Source: Thermosulfurimonas dismutans
GTDB taxonomy: Bacteria; Desulfobacterota; Thermodesulfobacteria; Thermodesulfobacteriales; Thermodesulfobacteriaceae
Reading direction: 5' to 3'
NCBI RefSeq assembly: GCF_001652585.1
Contig: NZ_LWLG01000006.1
Location: 30,001-62,000, forward strand
Length of the DNA stretch: 32,000 nucleotides
Part shown: positions 18,101-26,223 of the stretch, piece by piece
Numbering within the stretch: the stretch's first letter is position 1
Layout of the letters: each line of letters starts with the position of its first letter
Notes under the pieces: model-generated
The model's input: only the letters and a program-made list of their open reading frames with translations
What the model was told of the DNA's origin: nothing
Database searches by the model: none
Position numbers and translations under genes: made by a program

Positions 18101-18274
18101 CTTCCTATCGCTGCCGAAAGGGCCGTGGGGCTCGAAAGACTCTCGCCCCTTGCGGTGGTGGCCATCGGAGGGCTTTTCGTCTCCACGCTCCTCACCCTGC
18201 TCTACGTGCCCCTTTTTTACACCCTTTTCGAGGACGCAAGGACCAAGCTGACAAGACTCGGGAGGAGAAGATGA
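15173..18274 (+). CDS. RND efflux transporter permease (AcrB/CzcA superfamily)
   Basis: It is ~1033 aa with 12-TM architecture and the VGLLVDDAIVVIENI motif. The true start is the MSFLERYF ATG at 15173, which overlaps the MFP stop (ATGA). Confidence 0.9.
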   Translation: MSFLERYFQNPYLITSLLILGVVLGFRSFQKMPLNLFPDANYPKIAVILVWPGASAEDMEDKVARPVEKELATLDLVRKVKSSSRDEVAAVSVEFEYEKSLDSAEVDVSAVLDRIWADLPRGLLPPRIFRISDATTPVCTLAVSPKPGTHLDLAKVRQIADNELREALLRIPEVAQVEVFGGYLPEIRVEIDRDRMARYGLSLSQVISALYAQNLNIPGGLILRNRDQILIKVTGEVLEREKLGDLVVASFEDGEIHLRDIAEIRIFYAERQSLFHGNGRPAIGLNILRPEKGHVTNTLSALRRELPRIKKTFPDLVIEVADTQADLIRTSTSNMVEALRDAILLTVAVIFFFLARGRVTLLAAVSIPFTYFMTFFGMRVLGFELNIVTLTAVIIAVGLLVDDAIVVIENIDRHIRLGKNPREAALSGTNEIWLADFAGTLTTIVVLVPIMFVGGYVEKILRPLAVVLTLALLSSYVISITVIPLLAPKVLRDDTQRNFLERIFYRLSKLLLNPLRNFFTGLFVLAERRRLLFIAGAIGLLVVSLRQMPLVGRDLMPPMDTGIIKVSFETEPNTVLAHTEEIVNQMEKIIRNTPGFIRMATVVGSEPEVISFGAERTPQQGLITAHFVDRFHRKKSIWEIEDELRKAFSRIPGLKYIHVYEFGATPLSSITAPVEVMISGPDIKILDQLAEEVKSRLYQVKGLTTISRNWDMEKREVHLKLDLERLSRYGLSPTSLAEAIRGAFSGAKATVLRVPGEDGYIVTVRLPLEARSSLSDLKTFEIATKKGPVPLNELADFEVVKTLTVFTRENLSPVVNVLGYRTTAAITHLQLQVEEVLSDLLLPPGYRISQEGEIKPMKEAFGRLRGAIIVSLILLYFALVPTFRSFGHPLTIMVAIPLSLIGAVWGLLIVGRHFCMPAFMGLILLSGIVVNNSIILIDFIERARARGSSRREAILSAIRIRTRPIIMTAASTITGMLPIAAERAVGLERLSPLAVVAIGGLFVSTLLTLLYVPLFYTLFEDARTKLTRLGRRR

Positions 18275-18509
18275 GAAGAACTGTCCTATTACCGATTCTT
18301 TTTGGGGACCTTTTCGACCGAAAAGGGGACATTATTAACAGGAACATCTCTGGGGAATAACTTTCGTAAAGTTGTGATTTTCCCCGATCGTTGAGACCGT
18401 TAAACCCCTTATCCTCAGGAAATTTCCGTTTTAAAAGTTTAGAAGATTTGACCTTTGAGTCTGATCGGGCCATCCTTTTTCTAGGCGACACTCAACAAGG
18501 AGGTGGGGC

Positions 18510-19295
18510 ATGGCACTCTACAAGATTCACCCCCTAGTGCTCGGGGCCAAGATCTTCAGTAAGGGCATCCTTACCTATCAGCATGATTACGATAAGGAAA
18601 TTACCGTCCCGGTCTACGGCTGGCTCATCGAGGGTGGGGACAAGACCATCCTGGTGGATACCGGCTACTTGGGCCCGGTGATCACCGAGGCCCGGGAGAA
18701 GGCCATCGGCGGAAAAATCTACCGTTTTGAGGAGGCGTTGGCCCGTTGGAACCTCACGCCTAAAGACATCGACATCGTGCTCCATACCCATCTTCATAAC
18801 GACCATTGCGAGAATGACATGAAGTGTGTGAACGCCACCTTCTACGCCCATGAGTTCGAGTTCGAGACCCTCTATAACCCACATCCTCTTGATTTCCGCT
18901 ATGCCCCGGATTTTGTGGAAGAGATCGATAAGGGCGGCCAAATGGTGCACCTTAAGGAGGACACCGAGATCGTCCCCGGGATAAGAATGGTCCACACCCC
19001 GGCCCACACCCGCGGCGGTATGACTGTGCTGGTGGCGACTGAAAAAGGCACCGCGGCCATCACTGGCTTCTGCACGCTTCTTGAAAACTTCTTCCCCCCG
19101 AAAAGGATCCGGGCCCTCGAATGGGAGGTCATCCCTCCAGGGGTAAACATCGACCCTTACCTGGCCTACGAGCAGGTCCTGAGGGTAAAGAGAGAAGCGG
19201 ATATTTACCTTCCGCTCCACGAGCCGGCCTTTGCCCGGATCGACACCATTCCTGATGACCTAGAAAAACTTGAAGATTACCCACAGACGAATTAG
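18510..19295 (+). CDS. MBL-fold metallo-hydrolase (lactonase-like)
   Basis: It has HTHLHNDHCEN (HxHxDH) and a later HTPAHTRG. An AAGGAGG SD-like sequence lies upstream. Confidence 0.85.
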   Translation: MALYKIHPLVLGAKIFSKGILTYQHDYDKEITVPVYGWLIEGGDKTILVDTGYLGPVITEAREKAIGGKIYRFEEALARWNLTPKDIDIVLHTHLHNDHCENDMKCVNATFYAHEFEFETLYNPHPLDFRYAPDFVEEIDKGGQMVHLKEDTEIVPGIRMVHTPAHTRGGMTVLVATEKGTAAITGFCTLLENFFPPKRIRALEWEVIPPGVNIDPYLAYEQVLRVKREADIYLPLHEPAFARIDTIPDDLEKLEDYPQTN

Positions 19296-19588
19296 GGAAC
19301 GACATCCGTAAAAAGTGATAGATACCCGTAGGGAAAATAAAGGGCCTCCGAGGAAAGGCCCTTTCGGTAAAGAAGGTCTCTAACCCGCGACAAGAAATCA
19401 CGGGCAAGGACCTGCGGGCCGCAGAAATATTTAAGGATCCGCAAGTTTTCCTTTATACGGCGAAGGTCAGTCCCCCGGCGAACACGGTTGTGCTGCTCCT
19501 CCGAGCCGTCTACTCCGTTTCCATTGACCGTGACATGCAGAACCGTGGGGCGTCTCTTCCCCAAAAACTCCTCTAAAGTACATTCCAT
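19292..19588 (-). CDS. Hypothetical 98-aa ORF (doubtful; may instead be non-coding RNA or a 3' UTR)
   Basis: The frame is open, but there is no SD and the ATG sits inside a perfect 8-bp hairpin. The ORF also reads through the terminator at 19331-19364. I recognise no family. Confidence 0.2.
   Translation of the reverse strand: MECTLEEFLGKRRPTVLHVTVNGNGVDGSEEQHNRVRRGTDLRRIKENLRILKYFCGPQVLARDFLSRVRDLLYRKGLSSEALYFPYGYLSLFTDVVP
19331..19364 (-). terminator. Rho-independent terminator (minus-strand orientation)
   Basis: The minus strand reads AAAGGGCC-TTTCCTCGGA-GGCCCTTT followed by ATTTTCCC. This is an 8-bp GC-rich stem plus a T-tract. Confidence 0.65.
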
Positions 19589-19649
19589 ACTTTAGGGTGG
19601 AAGAATTCTTAAAAAATGGCAAGTTTTTGCTACGAATTTCAAAAAAGTG

Positions 19650-20990
19650 CTAAAAGATCTTTCCGGGATTTAGAAGTCCCTTGGGATCGAAGACCTTCTT
19701 TATCTCTCTCATGAGAGAAAGGGCCCGTGGAGGAATTTCCCAAGGAAGATAGGCCCTTTTGGTAAGGCCTATACCGTGTTCTCCAGAAATGGTACCAGAG
19801 AGAGAAAGAACCAAGGAAAGGATCCTCTCTCGCAGGCTCTCTGCACCTTCCTTTTCCTCGTCAAAAAGGATGTTTACATGGAGATTCCCGTCTCCGGCAT
19901 GCCCGAAGCAGGCCACCCTAAGGCCAAAATCCTTTGAAAGGGCTCGTACCTCTCTCACAAAGACGGAAAGCTTTGACCGGGGAAGAACGATATCGTCGGC
20001 TATCCGCCGGGTCCCTAGTTTCTTTAAGGCCGGAGAGATCGCGCGCCGTACTTCCCACAAAGTTTCCGCAGTCTCTCCAGAAGCCACCTTTAAAAACCGA
20101 GTTCGGCTATCTAGTATTTCCAAGGCCTTTTCAACTTCCTCCTTTACCGTAGAATCCAGGCCATCAAATTCAAGGAGTAGCAGGCCCTTTATCTCGGGTT
20201 CGAGGGCCCCGGTGGCTGTCAGGGTAACCTCGTCCATGAATTCGGCGGCTGCAGGAAGAAGCCCCCCGGAAAGGACCTCGTTTAGGCTCGCAAGGGCCTC
20301 CTCCTCCGAGCCAAAGCCTGCGGCCACTGTAGCGCGAGCCGGAGGAAGAGGAAGGACTTTCAAAGTAATTTTAGTAATGACCGCAAGCGTTCCCTCCGAG
20401 CCCACAAGAAGCCGCGTAAGATCGTAGCCCACCACACCTTTAAGGGTCCGCGTGCCCAACGGAAGGACCTCCCCGCCGGGCAAAACGGCCTCAAGCGCCA
20501 GAACATAGTCCCTAGTGACCCCATATTTGAGGCCCCGAGGCCCTCCGGCACAGGTGGCTACGTTTCCTCCTATAGTAGAGAATCGGTAGCTTGCCGGATC
20601 CGGAGGGTAGAAAAGTCCCCGGCGGGCAAGTTTCTCTTTAAACCTCCCGTTCACTACCCCCGGCTCCACCACCGCCACCAGATCTTCGGCGTTGATCTCA
20701 AGAATTCGATCCATAAGGGTGAAGGCTACGACCAGCCCTCCTCTTGCAGCCAAAGGTGCCCCGGTAGTAGCGGTCCCGGCCCCACGCGGGATTACCGGAA
20801 ATTCCTCCTCATAGGAGAGGGCGAGAATCCGGGAAACCTCTTCGGTATTCTGCGGGAGGGCTACCGCCTCGGGCAGATAAGTCCTGCCCGAGGCGTCATA
20901 GGCATAGACCAGACAATCGCTTTCTGCCTCTAGTAAGCGGTCCCCGAGGAGGCGTCTTAGCTCTTTTCGAGCCTTTTCGGAAAGCGACAC
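19650..20990 (-). CDS. FAD-binding oxidoreductase, GlcD / D-lactate dehydrogenase family
   Basis: It has the FAD_binding_4 pattern (VIPRGAGTATTGAP, GGNVATCAGG) and a C-terminal GTISGEHGIGL. The GTG start is preceded by GGAGAAGGA. Confidence 0.85.
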   Translation of the reverse strand: MSLSEKARKELRRLLGDRLLEAESDCLVYAYDASGRTYLPEAVALPQNTEEVSRILALSYEEEFPVIPRGAGTATTGAPLAARGGLVVAFTLMDRILEINAEDLVAVVEPGVVNGRFKEKLARRGLFYPPDPASYRFSTIGGNVATCAGGPRGLKYGVTRDYVLALEAVLPGGEVLPLGTRTLKGVVGYDLTRLLVGSEGTLAVITKITLKVLPLPPARATVAAGFGSEEEALASLNEVLSGGLLPAAAEFMDEVTLTATGALEPEIKGLLLLEFDGLDSTVKEEVEKALEILDSRTRFLKVASGETAETLWEVRRAISPALKKLGTRRIADDIVLPRSKLSVFVREVRALSKDFGLRVACFGHAGDGNLHVNILFDEEKEGAESLRERILSLVLSLSGTISGEHGIGLTKRAYLPWEIPPRALSLMREIKKVFDPKGLLNPGKIF

Positions 20991-22303
20991 TCCTTCTCCG
21001 TCACGCCGAATCTCTCGGTGATTTCCCTCTCGAGGTATTCTATCTGATAACGAAAGGAGGGCGAAGAGGAAAGTCTCTTTTCTACACTCTGGAGGGCGTA
21101 CACTACGGTAGCATGATCGCGGTTGAACCGCTGACCAATGGACGAAAGGCTCTCCTTGGTAAATTTTCTCAAAAGAAACATAGCCACCTGTCTGGACTGG
21201 CTTATACGTTTCTTACGGGACCGGGAAACTAAATCTTCCCTAGAAACCTTAAAATTCCGGCAAACAAGTTCTATCACCACGGAGGCCAGATCATGTCCTT
21301 CCGGAGGCATGATCTCCGAAACTAACTCCCGGGCCAGGGCTAGATTTACAGATTCTCGAAGAATACTTGCGCGAGCTATAAGTCCCACCACCGCGCTTTC
21401 AATTTGTCGGATATCTCCCCGCAGGTGCCGGGCCAAATATTCCACCACCTCCTCCGGAAATTCTTGACCCTGATTTCTGGACTTACGACGGATAATATTT
21501 TTACGAGTTTCATAATCCGGAGGATTAATCCTTACAATCATTCCGGCTGAAAGCCTTGAGCGCAGAGAGGAATCTAGATGAGAAAGCTCGTGGGGCTTTC
21601 TGGTAGAGGTAAAGACTACCGCCTTTTCCTCCTCGTAAAGATAATCCAAGGCCAAGGCCAGCTCTCCCTGGGTGAAATCTCTAGCCGGAATATGGTGGAC
21701 CTCCTCCAGCATAAGGACGTCACAGTTCCGCCAGACCCGTTCCTTGAAGTTTTCCATCTGACCGCTTTTTAAGGCCCTAACCAGTTGTGAAGTAAAATCC
21801 CGAGCCGTAAGATAACAGACTCTAAAAGTATTCTTTCGAGAAACAAGGGCGTTTCCCACGGCCTGTGAGAGATGACTCTTTCCGAGACCGCTTTCAGCGG
21901 TGAGATAAATAATGTGCCCTCGGGGATTTTCGGCCATTTTGAGAAAAACCTTATAGGCCAGCCGATTGCAATCTCCCACCACAAATTCCTCAAAGGTATA
22001 GCGAGTCGAAAATTTTCGGCCAAGCACACGGGTAGGTTCGTAGGGCAAATCCTGTTGAAGAGGAGGCCTGGCCTCCTCCACCACAAAGGCTAATGAAAGA
22101 CCTTGCCCCCAGAGAGATAAGGCCTCTTTAAAAAGCGAGAGGTAATTCTCAATTAGCCACTCCCTTGTAAATTCATTGGGTACCGAAACTACAAGCTTGC
22201 CGTCCTGACAATGCCCGGAAAGAGGTTCTATCCACACCTTAAAAACAGGTTCAGGAAGCCTTTCTTTCAAAAAATCTTTAATTTTTAGCCATAATTCTGA
22301 CAT
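20957..22303 (-). CDS. dnaA: Chromosomal replication initiator protein DnaA
   Basis: It has YTFEEFVVGDCNRLAY, Walker A (ESGLGKSHL), Walker B (VLMLEEVH) and the C-terminal HTH (RDHATVVYA). The start is the MSELWLKI ATG at 22303, preceded by GAGGAGG. Confidence 0.92.
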   Translation of the reverse strand: MSELWLKIKDFLKERLPEPVFKVWIEPLSGHCQDGKLVVSVPNEFTREWLIENYLSLFKEALSLWGQGLSLAFVVEEARPPLQQDLPYEPTRVLGRKFSTRYTFEEFVVGDCNRLAYKVFLKMAENPRGHIIYLTAESGLGKSHLSQAVGNALVSRKNTFRVCYLTARDFTSQLVRALKSGQMENFKERVWRNCDVLMLEEVHHIPARDFTQGELALALDYLYEEEKAVVFTSTRKPHELSHLDSSLRSRLSAGMIVRINPPDYETRKNIIRRKSRNQGQEFPEEVVEYLARHLRGDIRQIESAVVGLIARASILRESVNLALARELVSEIMPPEGHDLASVVIELVCRNFKVSREDLVSRSRKKRISQSRQVAMFLLRKFTKESLSSIGQRFNRDHATVVYALQSVEKRLSSSPSFRYQIEYLEREITERFGVTEKECRFPKRLEKS

Positions 22304-22338
22304 AAAACCCTCCTCGCTTCCGGAAAAAGGTCTTTTTC

Positions 22339-22367
22339 TTATTAACTCGGTAAAAGGCAAAATTCAA
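22339..22367 (-). promoter_or_regulatory. Candidate dnaA promoter
   Basis: The minus strand reads TTGAAT-17 nt-TAATAA, about 35 nt upstream of the dnaA start. Confidence 0.35.
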
Positions 22368-22677
22368 AGTCTGAAAAAGGGGATCTCAGGAGATTAGCTC
22401 CCACATATAGGTTACCGAATTTTGGTCGATCTAAATGACACTTAAACCACAAATCCCTGAACCGACCGGGAAACCGTAAAAATTTTACTGAAAAATTTAT
22501 ACAAGGTTTAAAGGCATTTGGTAGTAACAAACTTGTTTTTAAACTTTGGGTTCTCCCTCTCGATCTTCTCCGGCTGGGTTTTTTCCTCCAATTTCACCAT
22601 CGAGATTTTAAGACGTTTCGAGAAGGGGTTAGACCAAGGCTCCCCAAAAGGCCTAGAATCTGGTAGTAAAGAGGACG

Positions 22678-23298
22678 ATGTCCCGAATTCCTTCACTTGA
22701 AGAGTGTTATCGCCTATTGGAAAAGGAAGGGGTTCCTTTTCATATCCGGAGACATGCTGAAAAGGTGGCTTTAGTCGCCGTATTTTTAGGAAAGGAACTA
22801 ATCAAACGGGGCGAAAAACTCAACCTAAAACTTCTGTGTGCCGGAGGCCTCCTTCACGATCTGACCAAGCACCATTCCCTCAAAACCGGTGAGAACCACG
22901 CCGAAAGTGCCCGCAATCTCCTTCTCCGTCTTGGCTATCCCGAGGTGGCGAAGGTCGTGGAACAACACATATTTTTAAAGCCCGGGCCTCCGGGAACCCC
23001 CATCCGGGAAGAGGAATTGGTTTACTATGCGGACAAACGGGTAAAACATGAAGAAATCGTCTCTTTAAAGGAACGTTTTATCGATCTCCGGGAACGCTAC
23101 GGCCGAAGGCCCTCTTCCTGGGTAAGGATCTTCTGCCTGGAGGAGCTCACTAAGCTTCTTGAAAAGCGGCTTTTTAAAAGGCTGCCCTTCGGACCGGATA
23201 AGATCCTGGAATTAAATCAAATCGAGGAGATCCCCAAATGCCTTACCGTGTGGCTTTGCTCTGCGGGGGAAACTCCCCGGAACGGGAGGTCTCTTTAA
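22678..23298 (+). CDS. HD-domain metal-dependent phosphohydrolase
   Basis: It has HIRRHAEKVA...GGLLHDLTKH (H...HD) and AGAGGA upstream. Its 3' end overlaps ddl by 61 nt. Confidence 0.75.
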   Translation: MSRIPSLEECYRLLEKEGVPFHIRRHAEKVALVAVFLGKELIKRGEKLNLKLLCAGGLLHDLTKHHSLKTGENHAESARNLLLRLGYPEVAKVVEQHIFLKPGPPGTPIREEELVYYADKRVKHEEIVSLKERFIDLRERYGRRPSSWVRIFCLEELTKLLEKRLFKRLPFGPDKILELNQIEEIPKCLTVWLCSAGETPRNGRSL

Positions 23299-24164
23299 AA
23301 GGCGGAGAGGCGGTGGAACGGGCCCTCGTTTCGCGGGGGCACGAGGTCGTGCGGTTTGACCCCCCAAGGGACCTTCCGCGTCTTGCCGAAAGGGCTGGAG
23401 AATTCGACATCGCCTTTCTAGTACTCCACGGCCCAGGAGGAGAGGACGGAACCATCCAGGGTTTTCTGGATTCTCTGGGCCTTCCCTATCAGGGGGCCGG
23501 AGTACTGGGTTCGGCCCTAGCCATCCACAAGGGACTTTCCCGCCTGCTTTACCAAGAGGCCGGCCTTCCCGTGCCCCCCGGCAAGGTCTTCCATCGGAAC
23601 GAAAGTCATCAAATCCCCGAGTTCTGCAAGCATTTGGGCTATCCCGTAGTGGTAAAACCCGCCACTCAGGGGTCAAGCCTTGGCCTTTCGGTGGTCAAAC
23701 ACCCGGAAGAACTTCCGGAGGCCACCGAGAGGGCCCTGACCCTTGACCACGAGGTGGTCATCGAAAAGTTCCTCTTCGGGCGTGAGATTACGGTAGGGAT
23801 TTTGGGAAATAAAGCCCTGCCAGTGGTGGAAATCATTCCCGAAAAAAGCGAATACTTCGACTATGAAACCAAGTACACTCCTGGAGCAGCCCGCGAAATC
23901 TGTCCGGCTGAAATCCCAGAGGCCTTATTCCGCAAGGCTCAGGAATACGCCCTCCGGGCCCATCAGGCTTTGAGACTCCGGCACTACAGCCGCACGGATA
24001 TGATAATTATGGGCGAGGAAATCTATCTCCTTGAAACCAACACCATCCCCGGAATGACCGAAACCAGCTTGCTTCCGCTTGCGGCCAAGGTCTTCGGACT
24101 TTCCTTTGAAGACCTGGTGGAAACCTTGCTCCTTATGGCCCTCGCGAAAGAGCCTCCTCTATGA
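23238..24164 (+). CDS. ddl: D-alanine--D-alanine ligase
   Basis: It has RVALLCGGNSPEREVSLKGG, the ATP-grasp core (YPVVVKPATQGSSLGLS) and LLETNTIPGMTETSL. Confidence 0.92.
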   Translation: MPYRVALLCGGNSPEREVSLKGGEAVERALVSRGHEVVRFDPPRDLPRLAERAGEFDIAFLVLHGPGGEDGTIQGFLDSLGLPYQGAGVLGSALAIHKGLSRLLYQEAGLPVPPGKVFHRNESHQIPEFCKHLGYPVVVKPATQGSSLGLSVVKHPEELPEATERALTLDHEVVIEKFLFGREITVGILGNKALPVVEIIPEKSEYFDYETKYTPGAAREICPAEIPEALFRKAQEYALRAHQALRLRHYSRTDMIIMGEEIYLLETNTIPGMTETSLLPLAAKVFGLSFEDLVETLLLMALAKEPPL

Positions 24165-24849
24165 AGGAGCGGACCTCCCGGGCTAGGCTCTCCTTGTCTT
24201 TATTTGTGAGTCCTTCGGTAGAAATGGGGTCGCCAATGATCACTTTTACCCTTCCAGGGTTAACGAAAAGGCTACCTTTAGGAAGAATTTTCCGGGTCCC
24301 TAAAATGGCCACCGGAACCGCAGGCACCCCAGCCTTAATCGGAATAAGAAAGCCGGCGGTCTTAAAGGGAAGTAGCCTGCCATCCGGACTACGCGTGCCC
24401 TCGGGAAAGACCACCACCGAATAGCCGGCCTTCACCCTTTCGGCACAGGCAAGAAGACTCCTCAATCCCTCCCGAGGGTCCTCTCGTTCCACCGGAATGT
24501 AACCGAGAGCCGCAAGACCCCAGCCGAAAAAGGGAATCCGAAAAAGGCTTTTTTTGGCCAAAAAGCGGATTTCAAAGGGCCGTAGGACCTCCTCAAGGAC
24601 CGGTATATCCATCTGGCTCTGGTGATTGGCAAAAAAGACGTAACGGCCGGGGGGAAGACCCTTCAGACCTTCCACTTCCACCTTTACCCCGGAAATAAAA
24701 AGTATCAGGCGACACCAGAGCCAGGCTATCTTGTGGGCCAAGATCTTACGGGACTCAAGGAGGGCTACCAGGATAGCGACCATCCCGAAAAAGGGCACCG
24801 AGACCAGGATGAAAAGACCAAGGGCTATATTTCGCAAAAAGACTCCCAT
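24133..24849 (-). CDS. plsC: 1-acyl-sn-glycerol-3-phosphate acyltransferase
   Basis: It has an N-terminal TM segment, the HX4D motif (NHQSQMD) and FPEGTRS. It converges on ddl, and their 3' ends overlap by 32 nt. Confidence 0.88.
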   Translation of the reverse strand: MGVFLRNIALGLFILVSVPFFGMVAILVALLESRKILAHKIAWLWCRLILFISGVKVEVEGLKGLPPGRYVFFANHQSQMDIPVLEEVLRPFEIRFLAKKSLFRIPFFGWGLAALGYIPVEREDPREGLRSLLACAERVKAGYSVVVFPEGTRSPDGRLLPFKTAGFLIPIKAGVPAVPVAILGTRKILPKGSLFVNPGRVKVIIGDPISTEGLTNKDKESLAREVRSFIEEALSRGP

Positions 24850-24918
24850 AGTGCTTTCCCTTTTCTTTATGTGGTAAGGTATAGGGAATTAAAGACTGCA
24901 AGTCAAGGAGGCCGTCTC

Positions 24919-26223
24919 ATGAGGATATTGCGGGAAGAAAGTTCAGCCGGGAAACGGTTCATTCAAAGGCTAATTAATCGTGGAGCAAATCTTCCTACCA
25001 GGATAGAACGGTCGGTGAGAAAAATTCTTGCGGAGGTCAGGCGCCGGGGAGACGAGGCCCTTCTGGAATACACCCGAAGGTTTGACTGCCCAGATTTTAG
25101 AATCGAAGATCTCCGGGTAAGGCCTTCGGAGATCGAAGAAGCCTACAAGAAGGTAGATTCTGAGCTCCTTTCAGCTCTAAGACTTGCCATTCAAAATGTA
25201 AGGGTCTTTCATGAGAGACAGCTTGAGAAATCCTGGTTCTACACCCGAGAGGAAGGGATCTTTCTGGGGCAACTGGTAAGGCCGGTCTCCTCGGCCGGCA
25301 TCTATATCCCCGGAGGTACCGGTGGTGATACCCCTCTGGTCTCCACAGTGGTCATGACCGCCATACCGGCCCAGGTGGCCGGAGTAAAGCGGATAGTCAT
25401 GGTATCTCCACCCAATCGAGAGGGGAATTTACATCCGGCCCTACTGGTGGCCGCCGCCGAGTGCGGAGTAACCGAAATTTACCGGGTAGGAAGCGCCTGG
25501 GCCATCGGGGCCCTGGCCTATGGCACCCAGACTATTGCCCCAGTAGAAGTCATAGCCGGGCCGGGAAACATTTACGTTACGGTGGCCAAGAAACTCCTTT
25601 ACGGCGAGGTGGGCGTAGATCTCGTAGCCGGACCTAGCGAGGTCCTCATTGTCGCCGATGAGTCCGCCGAACCGGAAGCTCTCGCCTGGGATCTTCTGGC
25701 CCAGGCCGAACACGATCCCCTGGCCACCGCGGTACTCTTTACGCCCTCGGCCGGACTGGCCCGCAAGGTCAAACGGGAAGTCGAAAAAGCCTTGGAACGA
25801 CTACCCCGTAAGGAGGTAGCCGAGGCCGCTCTTAAAAAGCAGGGCGGGCTGCTCATTACCCGAAGTCTAAGTTCGGCTCTCGAACTGGCCAATCGCGTAG
25901 CCCCGGAACACCTGGAACTAGCGGTATCCGACCCCTTCGATCTCTTACCTTATATCCATAACGCCGGAGCGGTCTTCCTAGGAGGCTTCACCCCCGAGGC
26001 CCTAGGAGACTACGTGGCCGGACCGAATCATGTGCTTCCCACCCTGGGAGCGGCCCGCTTTGCCTCCGCGCTCTCGGTCTCGGTATTCCTCAAAAGGACG
26101 AGTTTGCTAGCCTATTCCCGAGAGGCTTTACAGAAGGAAGGCCCGGCGGTACTGAAACTAGCTGAAACTGAGGGCCTTTTCGCCCACGCCGAAGCCGTGC
26201 GCGTAAGGCTAAAGGAAGGTTAG
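24919..26223 (+). CDS. hisD: Histidinol dehydrogenase
   Basis: It has IAGPGNIYVTVAKK, AGPSEVLIVAD, QAEHDP and GDYVAGPNHVLPT. The true start is the ATG at 24919, preceded by AAGGAGG. The ORF-track 5' extension lies antisense to plsC. Confidence 0.92.
   Translation: MRILREESSAGKRFIQRLINRGANLPTRIERSVRKILAEVRRRGDEALLEYTRRFDCPDFRIEDLRVRPSEIEEAYKKVDSELLSALRLAIQNVRVFHERQLEKSWFYTREEGIFLGQLVRPVSSAGIYIPGGTGGDTPLVSTVVMTAIPAQVAGVKRIVMVSPPNREGNLHPALLVAAAECGVTEIYRVGSAWAIGALAYGTQTIAPVEVIAGPGNIYVTVAKKLLYGEVGVDLVAGPSEVLIVADESAEPEALAWDLLAQAEHDPLATAVLFTPSAGLARKVKREVEKALERLPRKEVAEAALKKQGGLLITRSLSSALELANRVAPEHLELAVSDPFDLLPYIHNAGAVFLGGFTPEALGDYVAGPNHVLPTLGAARFASALSVSVFLKRTSLLAYSREALQKEGPAVLKLAETEGLFAHAEAVRVRLKEG

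Noticed and set aside
19341-19364. A GAGGAAAGG string resembling the RNase P RNA P4 signature (GAGGAAAGUCC), and a GGAGGAGCAGC string (around 19490-19505, minus strand) resembling the SRP RNA domain IV.
   Set aside because: The surrounding sequence lacks the other universally conserved RNase P and SRP blocks. The first string is simply the loop and arm of a terminator hairpin.
24622-24918. N-terminal extensions offered by the ORF track: hisD from 24622, the RND gene from 15095, the permease from 11129, dnaA from 22360, and the last ORF from 31982.
   Set aside because: The extensions overlap neighbouring genes or lack homology. Internal ATGs with good SD-like sequences coincide with the family-typical N-termini.
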